DNA of 34,464 bases from Armatimonadota bacterium (GTDB lineage: Bacteria > Armatimonadota > UBA10988): the NCBI GenBank assembly GCA_016235455.1, contig JACRKZ010000101.1, forward strand, positions 1 to 34,464, read 5' to 3'. Of this stretch, positions 19,486-27,351 are shown piece by piece. A model generated the notes under the pieces. It was given only the letters and a program-made list of their open reading frames with translations, was not told the origin of the DNA and made no database searches. Each line of letters starts with the position of its first letter. Position 1 is the first letter of the stretch. A program made the translations under genes and the position numbers.

Positions 19486-20535
19486 ATGAAGCGGTCAGTC
19501 TTGACCGGATTGCTGCTTGCCGTGCTGGTTGGCATGGCGGGCGCATCGACGACGTATGTCATCTACCGCGTGCAGCCGGGCGATACGCTGGACTCCGTGG
19601 CGCGTTCCTGCAACAGCTCGGTATCGGAGTTGCGCGCCCTCAATCAGCAGGTGCGCGAGCCCCTGGCGCTGCACGAAGTGCTCACCGTGCCGCTGCGAGA
19701 GGGTGCCTCGTTGGCCAGTGGCCAGGCGCCCAGCGCCAATCCCGGCGGCTCCGCCTCCTCGGTTGGCGCCAACGGCGTGAACACCGCGGGTAGCGTGGTG
19801 AGCAGCGCCGGCTCCAAGGTGCTCGGCGCCGATGGTCGGGTGGAGGGGGCCGGTCCCGTGGGGCCCGCGCCGGCGGCGGTGGCCGAAGCGCAGGCGCCGG
19901 CGAATCCGACTCGCCTGAGCTACGCGGTCAACGGTGCGCTGGGTCGGCTGGGTCAGGTGACCGGCGGCCAAGTACCCATCTACCGCGACCGCCAGCACGG
20001 CGGCACCAAGATGTACACCGCGCCCGCCGGCACGAGCCTGCTCGTGGTGAGCCGCGTGGATGGCTGGTACGGCATCCGCATGCTGGACGCCAGCATCGGC
20101 TGGGCTGAGTGTGAGTTCGTCAAGCTGACCGAGACCGAACTGCTGCCCGCGCCGGGCTCGCAGAGCGCCCCGACTCGCGGCGTGGGCATCATCCAGACGG
20201 CCTACACCTACCTCGGCGTGCAGTACGTCTGGGGTGGCACCGGTCGCGGTGGCATCGACTGCTCCGGCCTTGTGCTGCGCGCCTATGGCGCCCACGGCGT
20301 CAACCTGCCGCGCACGGCGCGCGAGCAGATTGGCGTGGGCCAGGTCGTTCCGCTGAATCAGTTGCAGCCGGGCGACCGTATCTACTTCTCGTCGGGCGGC
20401 TCGTACATTGACCATACGGGCATGTACATCGGCGACGGCAAGTTCATCCATGCCTCGGGCCGGCGTCGACAGGTCTGCATCGACAACCTGTTCGACCCCC
20501 GCTACATGGGCATCTACCAGGGCGCGCGACGCTAG
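19486..20535 (+). CDS. Secreted LysM + SH3-like + NlpC/P60 (C40) cell-wall peptidase
   Basis: Signal peptide MKRSVLTGLLLAVLVGMAGA; LysM YRVQPGDTLDSVAR; SH3-like DGWYGI..GW; NlpC/P60 YLGVQYVWGG..GIDCSG...DHTGMYIG..FIHAS (Cys-His-His). Confidence 0.92.
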   Translation: MKRSVLTGLLLAVLVGMAGASTTYVIYRVQPGDTLDSVARSCNSSVSELRALNQQVREPLALHEVLTVPLREGASLASGQAPSANPGGSASSVGANGVNTAGSVVSSAGSKVLGADGRVEGAGPVGPAPAAVAEAQAPANPTRLSYAVNGALGRLGQVTGGQVPIYRDRQHGGTKMYTAPAGTSLLVVSRVDGWYGIRMLDASIGWAECEFVKLTETELLPAPGSQSAPTRGVGIIQTAYTYLGVQYVWGGTGRGGIDCSGLVLRAYGAHGVNLPRTAREQIGVGQVVPLNQLQPGDRIYFSSGGSYIDHTGMYIGDGKFIHASGRRRQVCIDNLFDPRYMGIYQGARR

Positions 20536-20562
20536 GTCGGCGAGCCCGGTGTTGACTGGATG

Positions 20563-20602
20563 CAGGGCGGCTTGGCCACCGCGGCCGAGCCGCCTTGTTC
20601 TT
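20563..20602 (+). terminator. Probable intrinsic terminator
   Basis: 15-bp stem cagggcggcttggcc/ggccgagccgccttg followed by ttctt. Confidence 0.6.
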
Positions 20603-20619
20603 GAAGGGAAGACCTCACC

Positions 20620-21330
20620 ATGCAGTATGTCGCCATCGCGGCCGTCGTCATCATCGTCCTGCTGGCGCTGAGCCTGCGCGTCATCCAGCAGTATGAGCGG
20701 GGTGTCGTCTTCCGCCTGGGCAAGCTGCTGGCGCCGCGCGACTCGGGGCTGGCTTTCGTCTTTCCGGTCATCGACCGGCTGGTGAAGGTTAGTCTGCGCA
20801 TGGAAGCCGTGCCGGTGCGGGTAAACGCGGTAGTCTTCTTCAGCGTGGCCGATGCCGAGAAGGCCACGGTGAACGTGAAGAACTACACTGTGGTCACCTC
20901 GCAGAAGGCGCAGACGACGCTGCGCACCGTGCTGGGCGGCGTGGATCTGGACGGCCTGTTGACCGAGCGCGAAGTGCTCAACCAGCGACTGCAGAGCATC
21001 ATCGGCGAGCAGATGGAGCCCATCGGCATCCGCGTGCATGGCGTCGAGATCAAGGACGTGGAGCTTCCCGAGGGTATGCAGAGGGCCATGGCCCGACAGG
21101 CCGAGGCCGAGCGCGAACGCCGGGCCAAGGTCATCGCGGCCGAAGGCGAATTCCAGTCGGCGCAGCAGTTCGCCAACGCGGCCGAAATCCTGGACCGCAC
21201 CAAGTCCGGCGTCCAGTTGCGCTACCTGCAGACGCTGACCGAGATCGCCGCCGAGCACAACTCGACGACCATCTTCCCCGTGCCGATCGACCTGATCAGC
21301 AACTTCCTCTCGGGCCGCGGCGAGCACTGA
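20620..21330 (+). CDS. SPFH/stomatin-like membrane protein with an apparent internal in-frame deletion
   Basis: N-terminal TM, QYERGVVFRLG, QTTLRTVLG, VEIKDVELP..MQRAMARQAEAERERRAKVI, QLRYLQTL. Confidence 0.93.
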   Translation: MQYVAIAAVVIIVLLALSLRVIQQYERGVVFRLGKLLAPRDSGLAFVFPVIDRLVKVSLRMEAVPVRVNAVVFFSVADAEKATVNVKNYTVVTSQKAQTTLRTVLGGVDLDGLLTEREVLNQRLQSIIGEQMEPIGIRVHGVEIKDVELPEGMQRAMARQAEAERERRAKVIAAEGEFQSAQQFANAAEILDRTKSGVQLRYLQTLTEIAAEHNSTTIFPVPIDLISNFLSGRGEH

Positions 21331-21331
21331 C

Positions 21332-22102
21332 ATGGGCCGGCGACTGGGCCAGCATTGGTTGGCTGACCGGGCCGTGGCCGAGCGCATCGTGGAGTCGTTG
21401 GCGCTGCGCGCCGATGAGTCCGTGGTGGAGATTGGTGGCGGGCGAGGCGCGCTGACGGAGCATCTCGCCACACGCGGCCGACGGCGTGTGGTCATCGAGC
21501 TCGACGATGACTGCGCGGACGGGCTCACCCGCCGATTCGGCGAAGCCATCGAGGTCCAGCGTGGCGACGTGCTGGGTGTCCGGCTGGCCGAGCTCGGTCC
21601 CGGTCCATGGGCCATCGTGGGCAATCTGCCCTACTACGCGACTTCACCCATTCTGCTGTGGCTGTGCGCACAATCCGCGCTCATCAGCCGCGCCGTGGTG
21701 ATGATGCAGGCCGAAGTGGCCGAGCGCGTGCTGGCGCCGCCGGCCAGTCGCGAGCGCGGGCGTCTGTCGGTGGCGCTGCAGTACCGGTTCCGTGGCCGCC
21801 GCGTTCTGCAAGTCGCGCCCGGCAGCTTCGCGCCGCCGCCGGCTGTCAACTCCACGGTCATCGAGCTGGTCGCCCGGCCGGAGCCGGCGGTCGTCGTGGC
21901 CGATGAGAAGCGGTTCTTCGCCGTGGTGGAAGCAGGCTTCCGGCACCGCCGCAAGACCCTCTCCACGGCGCTGTCGTCCACGGTGGGCGAGCGAGCCGTG
22001 GTGGACGCGGCGCTGGCGGCGGCTGAGGTCGACCCCAAGCGCCGTGCCGAAACGCTGACCATGGCCGAGTGGGCCGCCGTGGCGGAAGGGCTGACGCTGT
22101 GA
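21332..22102 (+). CDS. rsmA: 16S rRNA adenine dimethyltransferase RsmA (KsgA)
   Basis: LGQHWL, VVEIGGGRGALT, VGNLPYY, MMQAEVAER, F.PPP.VNS, F.HRRKTL, RAETL. Confidence 0.95.
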   Translation: MGRRLGQHWLADRAVAERIVESLALRADESVVEIGGGRGALTEHLATRGRRRVVIELDDDCADGLTRRFGEAIEVQRGDVLGVRLAELGPGPWAIVGNLPYYATSPILLWLCAQSALISRAVVMMQAEVAERVLAPPASRERGRLSVALQYRFRGRRVLQVAPGSFAPPPAVNSTVIELVARPEPAVVVADEKRFFAVVEAGFRHRRKTLSTALSSTVGERAVVDAALAAAEVDPKRRAETLTMAEWAAVAEGLTL

Positions 22103-22968
22103 TCATCGACACCTGCGCCAAAGTGAACCTGACGCTGGAGGTGCTGGCTCGGCGCCAGGACGGATTCCACGAGCTGGCCACGGTCTTCCAGGCCGTCGAC
22201 CTGTGCGACCGCCTGGTCTTTGGCGAGTCCGACCAGTTGGAACTGGTGGTCCACGGCGCGCCGATACCGGCCGATGAGCGCAACCTCTGCTACCAGGCCG
22301 CGCAACTGCTGGCCCGCCACGCGGGCATCGAACCGCGGGTCCGCATCGAGGTCTTCAAGCGCATTCCGATCGGGGGAGGATTGGGTGGCGGCAGCGGGAA
22401 TGCGGCCGGCACTCTGGCGGCGCTCAACCTCCTGTGGCAGGTCGGGCTGGCAGAGAATGAGCTGGAGGGCCTGGCCGCCGAGCTGGGCAGCGACTGCGCC
22501 TTCTTCGTGCGCGGAGGTGCGGCGGTCGGGCGGGGCCGCGGCGAGCGGCTGGAGCGCTTGCCTGCGCCGACGGGCTGGACCATCCTGATCGTGGGGCCCA
22601 GCCAGCCGGTGCCAACGGGGCTCGTCTACCGCGCGCTGGAGAGCTTCCGGCCCGAGGCCGGAGCGGCTACGGCGGCGCTGGAGGCCGGGTTGCGCGCCGG
22701 GTGCGTGCCGCCGCTGGGCGAATGGCTGTGCAACGACCTGGAAGTGCCCGCGTCGAAGGTGAGCCGCGCCCTGGCCGCGGAGCGAGAAGTCCTGGAGGAG
22801 GCGGCCGCTGGGTGCTACCGGCTCAGCGGCTCCGGTGGGTCGTGGTTTGTCCTGGCCGAGGACGCTGACGCGGCTGAGAGCTTGCGAACGACGCTGCTGC
22901 AGGCCTGGCCGGGCCGATTGGTGGCCGTCACGCGGCCGGTCGACTGGGGCTGGCGCCAGGTGTCGTGA
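22099..22968 (+). CDS. ispE: 4-(cytidine 5'-diphospho)-2-C-methyl-D-erythritol kinase
   Basis: AKVNLTLEV..R.DGFHEL, KRIP.GGGLGGGSGNAA, LGSDCAFF, NDLE, LSGSGGS; GTGA overlap with rsmA. Confidence 0.95.
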   Translation: MIIDTCAKVNLTLEVLARRQDGFHELATVFQAVDLCDRLVFGESDQLELVVHGAPIPADERNLCYQAAQLLARHAGIEPRVRIEVFKRIPIGGGLGGGSGNAAGTLAALNLLWQVGLAENELEGLAAELGSDCAFFVRGGAAVGRGRGERLERLPAPTGWTILIVGPSQPVPTGLVYRALESFRPEAGAATAALEAGLRAGCVPPLGEWLCNDLEVPASKVSRALAAEREVLEEAAAGCYRLSGSGGSWFVLAEDADAAESLRTTLLQAWPGRLVAVTRPVDWGWRQVS

Positions 22969-22986
22969 CGAGGAGTTGACGGCGAC

Positions 22987-23418
22987 ATGGATGGTCAGGC
23001 ACCAGACTCCACCATCGCGCTGCTGCGGCTCCTGACATTCCTCTTCGCCGTGCTCGGCTCGGTCATTGCCGCCCAGCTCTACCTCTTTGCGCGCAGCACC
23101 GCGCTGGGCCGGGTGTGGCGGCCCTTCCTGGTGGGCGCGATGCTCCTGGCGGCATGGTCGCTGGCGCAGTTCGCCAACACCTTCTTCGACTCCCTGTTTG
23201 GCCGTGGCCAGCATGCGGCCATGGTCATGGACCTGCTGGTGCTGCTGGCCGTGATGCATCTGGCCATGGGCTTCTATGAGATGAGGCAGGCCTACTTCCG
23301 GCCCGACAGTCGGCGGCAGGAGGTCGGGGTGGACGACTACGACGAGTATGGCCGGCCGATCGTGCCGGCTGAACCCAAGCCGGAGCCAGCGGACGACGCC
23401 GGCGCGGAGGAGCAATGA
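22987..23418 (+). CDS. Hypothetical membrane protein (about 3 TM helices, acidic C-tail)
   Basis: Three hydrophobic stretches; SD GAGGAG; ATGA overlap with the next gene. Confidence 0.8.
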   Translation: MDGQAPDSTIALLRLLTFLFAVLGSVIAAQLYLFARSTALGRVWRPFLVGAMLLAAWSLAQFANTFFDSLFGRGQHAAMVMDLLVLLAVMHLAMGFYEMRQAYFRPDSRRQEVGVDDYDEYGRPIVPAEPKPEPADDAGAEEQ

Positions 23419-24212
23419 TGCCAACGATCGGTGTGTTTGGCGACGAGATCGCCGCGGACATCAAGACGCAGATCGAGGTCATGCTGGCCGAGGGCGTGCG
23501 CGCGCTGGAACTGCGCGGCGCCGAGGGCCAAGGCGTGATGGACCTGGCTGGCGCGACGCGTGACGACGTGCGTGCGCGCCTGACCGATGCCGGCATCGAG
23601 GTGCTGAGCATCGGCTCGCCGCTGGGCAAGGTGCCCATCGGCGATCCGCTGGAGGCCGAGGTCGAGCGGACCCGGCGCGCGGCTGAGCAGGCGCACTTCT
23701 TCGGCACGCGGCGCATCCGGGTGTTCTCTTTCTACATGGCGCCCGAGCAGTGCGCCGAGCATCGGCAGGCGGTCATGGACCGGCTCGGTGCCATGGCCGA
23801 GCTGGCCGAACGCGAAGACGTGCTGTTGTGCCATGAGAACGAGAGCGGCATCTACGGCGAGAGCGTGGCCAACTGCCGCGACATCCTCGAGACCATCAAC
23901 TCGCCGGCGCTGCGTGCCGTGCACGACACCTGCAACTATCTGCACAAGGGGCACGAGGCCTTCCCGGCGGGCTATGAGGCCGTCAAGCCGTGGCTGGAGT
24001 ACGTGCACATCAAGGACTGGGGCCAGGGCACCGTGCAGCCAGCGGGTGAGGGCGACGGGCGCATGAAGGAACTGTTCGCCGCGCTACGGGCGGACGGGTT
24101 CGATGGCTACCTGAGCCTGGAGCCGCACATCGGCGGCGGGCCGGACAACTTCCGCCGCGCCGCGCGCGCGCTCCGAAGCTGCCTGACCGAGATCGGCTGG
24201 AACTGGGAGTAG
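23415..24212 (+). CDS. Sugar phosphate isomerase/epimerase (xylose isomerase-like TIM barrel)
   Basis: IGSPLGK, RIRVFSFY, HENESGIYG, HDTCN, HIKD, YLSLEPH metal-ligand pattern. Confidence 0.88.
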   Translation: MMPTIGVFGDEIAADIKTQIEVMLAEGVRALELRGAEGQGVMDLAGATRDDVRARLTDAGIEVLSIGSPLGKVPIGDPLEAEVERTRRAAEQAHFFGTRRIRVFSFYMAPEQCAEHRQAVMDRLGAMAELAEREDVLLCHENESGIYGESVANCRDILETINSPALRAVHDTCNYLHKGHEAFPAGYEAVKPWLEYVHIKDWGQGTVQPAGEGDGRMKELFAALRADGFDGYLSLEPHIGGGPDNFRRAARALRSCLTEIGWNWE

Positions 24213-24219
24213 GCACGTC

Positions 24220-25086
24220 ATGTTGATGGCCACGAGCCTGAACATCTTCGAGGATCTGCGGCCCGACATGCTCGGCTACATGCGGCGTATCGCCGCGGCC
24301 GGCATCGAGGGATTGGACTTCAACGGCATCGACGTCATCCGCGACTGGGTCAAGGGCGACGGCGCCCGCTGGTCCGCGGAGATGGCTGACGCCGCGTCCG
24401 CGGCCGGGCTGGTGTTCGTGCAGTCGCACGGCCCGATGTTCAGCGGGTACGACGACCAGTGCGCCACGCATGAGGCGCTGGTCAAGCCCTGCTTGGAGTA
24501 CAGCGCGCGCCTGGGCGTGCCGTGGATGGTGATGCATCCCTTCACGCTGCCGGCGCCGGCCACCTGGCAGGACAACTTCCGCGCCAACCTGGCGTTCTAC
24601 CAGGCTTATCTGCCCGCCTGCGAGGCCACCGGAGTGGGGCTGGCTTTGGAGAACATGTCCGACTTCTTCAGCCCCGGCCGGCGCTACTGCGCCACGCCCG
24701 ACGAACTGGCCAACCTGTGCGACGCGCTGAACCATCCGCTGGTCGGGCTGTGCTGGGATACCGGCCATGCCCACCTGCAGCGTGTGCCGCAGGCCTGGGC
24801 CATCGGTATGTTGGGCGAGCGGCTGAAGGTGGTCCACATCCAGGACAACAACGCGCAGAACGACGACCATATCCTGCCGCTGCACGGCAGCATCGACTGG
24901 TCGACGGTGCTCGATGGCTTTCGCGCCGCGGGCTACGCCGGCGCCTGGTCGCTGGAGACGCACAACGGCATCCGTCGACTGCCCGACCATCTGCGCGACG
25001 ATGCGTTGGCGTTGGCGGTCAAGGTCAGTCGCTGGATCACCCGCGACTACGCGGCGCCATTGGGCGGCGCGGCGCCCAGCGCGTGA
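24220..25086 (+). CDS. Sugar phosphate isomerase/epimerase (xylose isomerase-like TIM barrel), second divergent copy
   Basis: QSHGP, VMHP, LALENM, CWDTGHAHL, HIQDN..DDHILP..G.IDW, SLE. Confidence 0.88.
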   Translation: MLMATSLNIFEDLRPDMLGYMRRIAAAGIEGLDFNGIDVIRDWVKGDGARWSAEMADAASAAGLVFVQSHGPMFSGYDDQCATHEALVKPCLEYSARLGVPWMVMHPFTLPAPATWQDNFRANLAFYQAYLPACEATGVGLALENMSDFFSPGRRYCATPDELANLCDALNHPLVGLCWDTGHAHLQRVPQAWAIGMLGERLKVVHIQDNNAQNDDHILPLHGSIDWSTVLDGFRAAGYAGAWSLETHNGIRRLPDHLRDDALALAVKVSRWITRDYAAPLGGAAPSA

Positions 25087-25376
25087 AGGAACTCGTAGGT
25101 GTAGATGCCTGAACTGTGACCGTCGGCCCACTGGAAGCGGATGGCATAGCCGCCGACGCGTTCCACACCCAGCAACTGGGCCGACGGCTCCGGGCCGCTG
25201 ATGACCGTGAGCGGATTGGCCGCGCTCTTGTCGCGCTGGTCCGAGCAGAGCGAGCACGGGCAGAGCCGGCGCAGGTCGGTCAGGGCGATGACCTGCTCGC
25301 TGCGGTCCGACCAGGTGATGGCGCAGGTGCCGCGCGCACGGCTCACGGCAATGTCGAGCGGCGTCAGGTCGGGCAT
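25047..25376 (-). CDS. DUF971 / gamma-butyrobetaine hydroxylase N-terminal-like domain protein
   Basis: ITWSD...LRRLCPCSLC...VGGYAIRFQWADGHSSGIYTYEFL; SD GGAGG upstream of ATG 25376. Confidence 0.88.
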   Translation of the reverse strand: MPDLTPLDIAVSRARGTCAITWSDRSEQVIALTDLRRLCPCSLCSDQRDKSAANPLTVISGPEPSAQLLGVERVGGYAIRFQWADGHSSGIYTYEFLHALGAAPPNGAA

Positions 25377-25378
25377 CG

Positions 25379-25912
25379 TCAAGCCTCCGTGCTGGTGGTG
25401 TGCTCGTCGCGGGCGGTGCCCGTCATACGCTGTCGCGGTGTGCTGGTGCCGCCGGCCTGTTTGAGCCATTCCTCGGGGCTGGCGTCGTCGGTGGCTGGTG
25501 GGCCGAGCTGGAAGGTGTAGAACGGCCGCCCATGGTCGTCACTGTCCACCGTGCAGAAGCCATCGCGCGCCATGGCATCGAGCTGGCTCTTGGCGCCGGC
25601 GATGTCCAGGCCAGGGACTTCCATCGTCACCAGCGCCGGAGAGACGCGGCCCTGGTGGGTGGCGGCGATGGCCAGGATGCGCCGTTCGACATTGGCCAGC
25701 GCGGCCCGGCGCCGTTCGGCCGAGCGGCGCAGATCGCCGCGGACCAACTGCGTCGCACCCAGCAGGCCCGGTAGCGACATGAAACCGAAGAAGACCGCCA
25801 TGCCGATGCTGCCGGCGCCGTCCAGGGCGATGGCCAGCATGAGCAGACCCGCCGAGCCCAGCACGGCGGCGCCAAACATCGTTCCGCAGCCTATGCCACC
25901 GCGTTGGTCCAT
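25379..25912 (-). CDS. Hypothetical 2-TM membrane protein with a possible winged-helix-like cytoplasmic domain
   Basis: Two hydrophobic helices, then ILAIA..HQGRVSP..V...L.I..AK..LD.M...G.C....D..G...YTF. Confidence 0.75.
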   Translation of the reverse strand: MDQRGGIGCGTMFGAAVLGSAGLLMLAIALDGAGSIGMAVFFGFMSLPGLLGATQLVRGDLRRSAERRRAALANVERRILAIAATHQGRVSPALVTMEVPGLDIAGAKSQLDAMARDGFCTVDSDDHGRPFYTFQLGPPATDDASPEEWLKQAGGTSTPRQRMTGTARDEHTTSTEA

Positions 25913-25936
25913 CGTTGTGCTCGTGCCTCCAGGTGC

Positions 25937-25965
25937 ATTCTACCGCCGTCCTACTTGGCCCGCAA
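25937..25965 (-). promoter_or_regulatory. Candidate sigma70 promoter for the 25912/25376 operon
   Basis: Minus strand TTGCGG-17 nt-TAGAAT, followed by GGAGG. Confidence 0.6.
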
Positions 25966-26077
25966 CGCACGGCGCATGAACCCAACAGCCCAACGCCCCT
26001 CGTCGGCGCCGCGTTCCGTCGGACCGCGGCCGCACTGGACCCGCGGATTCGTCGTCCATAGGGTAGCGATGCCACGG

Positions 26078-26106
26078 TTGTGGCGCGCTATGGCGTGCGC
26101 TATCCT
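26078..26106 (+). promoter_or_regulatory. Candidate sigma70 promoter for the GH76 gene
   Basis: TTGTGG-17 nt-TATCCT. Confidence 0.45.
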
Positions 26107-26129
26107 GCCCGCACGCGGAGGAGTCGAGG

Positions 26130-27236
26130 ATGATGACGGCACGAGTCGGGTGGGCGGCCATGGGTGTTCTGGCGGTGCTGGGCGGCGCCGTGGCTGACGA
26201 GCCGCTGCCGACGCGCGAGCAGCTTATCGCCTGGGCGCGCGAGACGCTGGCCCTGATCGCGCGCGAGTTGCAGTCGCCCTACACCGGGTTGTACCTGGAC
26301 GAAGCGCACCTCGACGGACGGCGCAGCGGCCCGTGCTTCGCCTGGGGTGGCGGGGTCATGCTGTCCGCGCTGGACGCCGCGGCCAAGGTGGATGCTGCCT
26401 ACAAGCCGGCGCTCGAAGCCTATGCCAAGGGGCTGGAGCGCTACTGGAACCCGACCGGGCCGGTGCCTGGCTTCGACGTTCTGCCCGGGCCCAAGCCGGT
26501 CGACCGCTACTACGACGACAACGCCTGGCTGGTGCTGGGCTATGCCGAGGCCTATGAGGTCACCGGCAACGCCGCCTGGCTGGAGCGCGCCAAGGCCACG
26601 CTGACCTACGTGCTCAGCGGCGCCGATGACAAACTCGGCGGCGGGCTCTACTGGCGCGAAGTGCCGCGTGACACGAAGAACACCTGCATCAACGCGCCGG
26701 CCGTGGTCTGCTGCTACCGGCTGGCCAAGCTGACGGGCGATGCGAGCCTGGCCAAGCGCGGCGACGAGTTGCTGGCCTGGACGCTGGCCAACCTGCAGGA
26801 TCCGGCCGACGGGCTGATGTGGGACGCGAAGAAGCTGGACGGCACCATTGGTCGCGCCAAGTGGACGTACAACACCGGCCTGACCATCCGCGCGCTGGCC
26901 GACCCCAGTCGCGACGCGGCCTCGCTGGAGCAGGCGGTGAAGATGGCGCGCACGGCGGTGGCGCACTGGCAGGATCCGGCCACGGGAGCCATCCGCGACG
27001 ATGGTGCGTTCGCCCATCTGCTGACCGAGGCGCTGTTGTTCGTCGACCAACGCACGGGCCGCGCCGAGTTCAGGCCGGCGGTGCTGCGCGCCCTGGCCTT
27101 CCTCCATGCGAGGAACCGCGACGCCAACGGACATTACCCCAAGCGCTGGCAGGAAGCGCCGACCGCGCCGATCGAGGGCTGGAAGCTCATCGAGCAGGCA
27201 TCGGTGGTGCGGGGCTATCTGACGGCGGTGGAGTAG
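26130..27236 (+). CDS. Secreted glycoside hydrolase family 76-like (alpha/alpha)6 protein
   Basis: Signal peptide; RYYDDNAW catalytic DD motif, GGGLYW, KNTCIN, WTYNTG. Confidence 0.85.
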   Translation: MMTARVGWAAMGVLAVLGGAVADEPLPTREQLIAWARETLALIARELQSPYTGLYLDEAHLDGRRSGPCFAWGGGVMLSALDAAAKVDAAYKPALEAYAKGLERYWNPTGPVPGFDVLPGPKPVDRYYDDNAWLVLGYAEAYEVTGNAAWLERAKATLTYVLSGADDKLGGGLYWREVPRDTKNTCINAPAVVCCYRLAKLTGDASLAKRGDELLAWTLANLQDPADGLMWDAKKLDGTIGRAKWTYNTGLTIRALADPSRDAASLEQAVKMARTAVAHWQDPATGAIRDDGAFAHLLTEALLFVDQRTGRAEFRPAVLRALAFLHARNRDANGHYPKRWQEAPTAPIEGWKLIEQASVVRGYLTAVE

Positions 27237-27351
27237 CGCGAAGTTCGCGGTGTTGGGCTGATCACCGGGCACGCGCTGACGCGGCCGGCTGTTCGGCGGG
27301 CGAGTGGGCTTGCCTGCACGGAACGCCATGGCGCACAGCCGCCCTCGGCGA

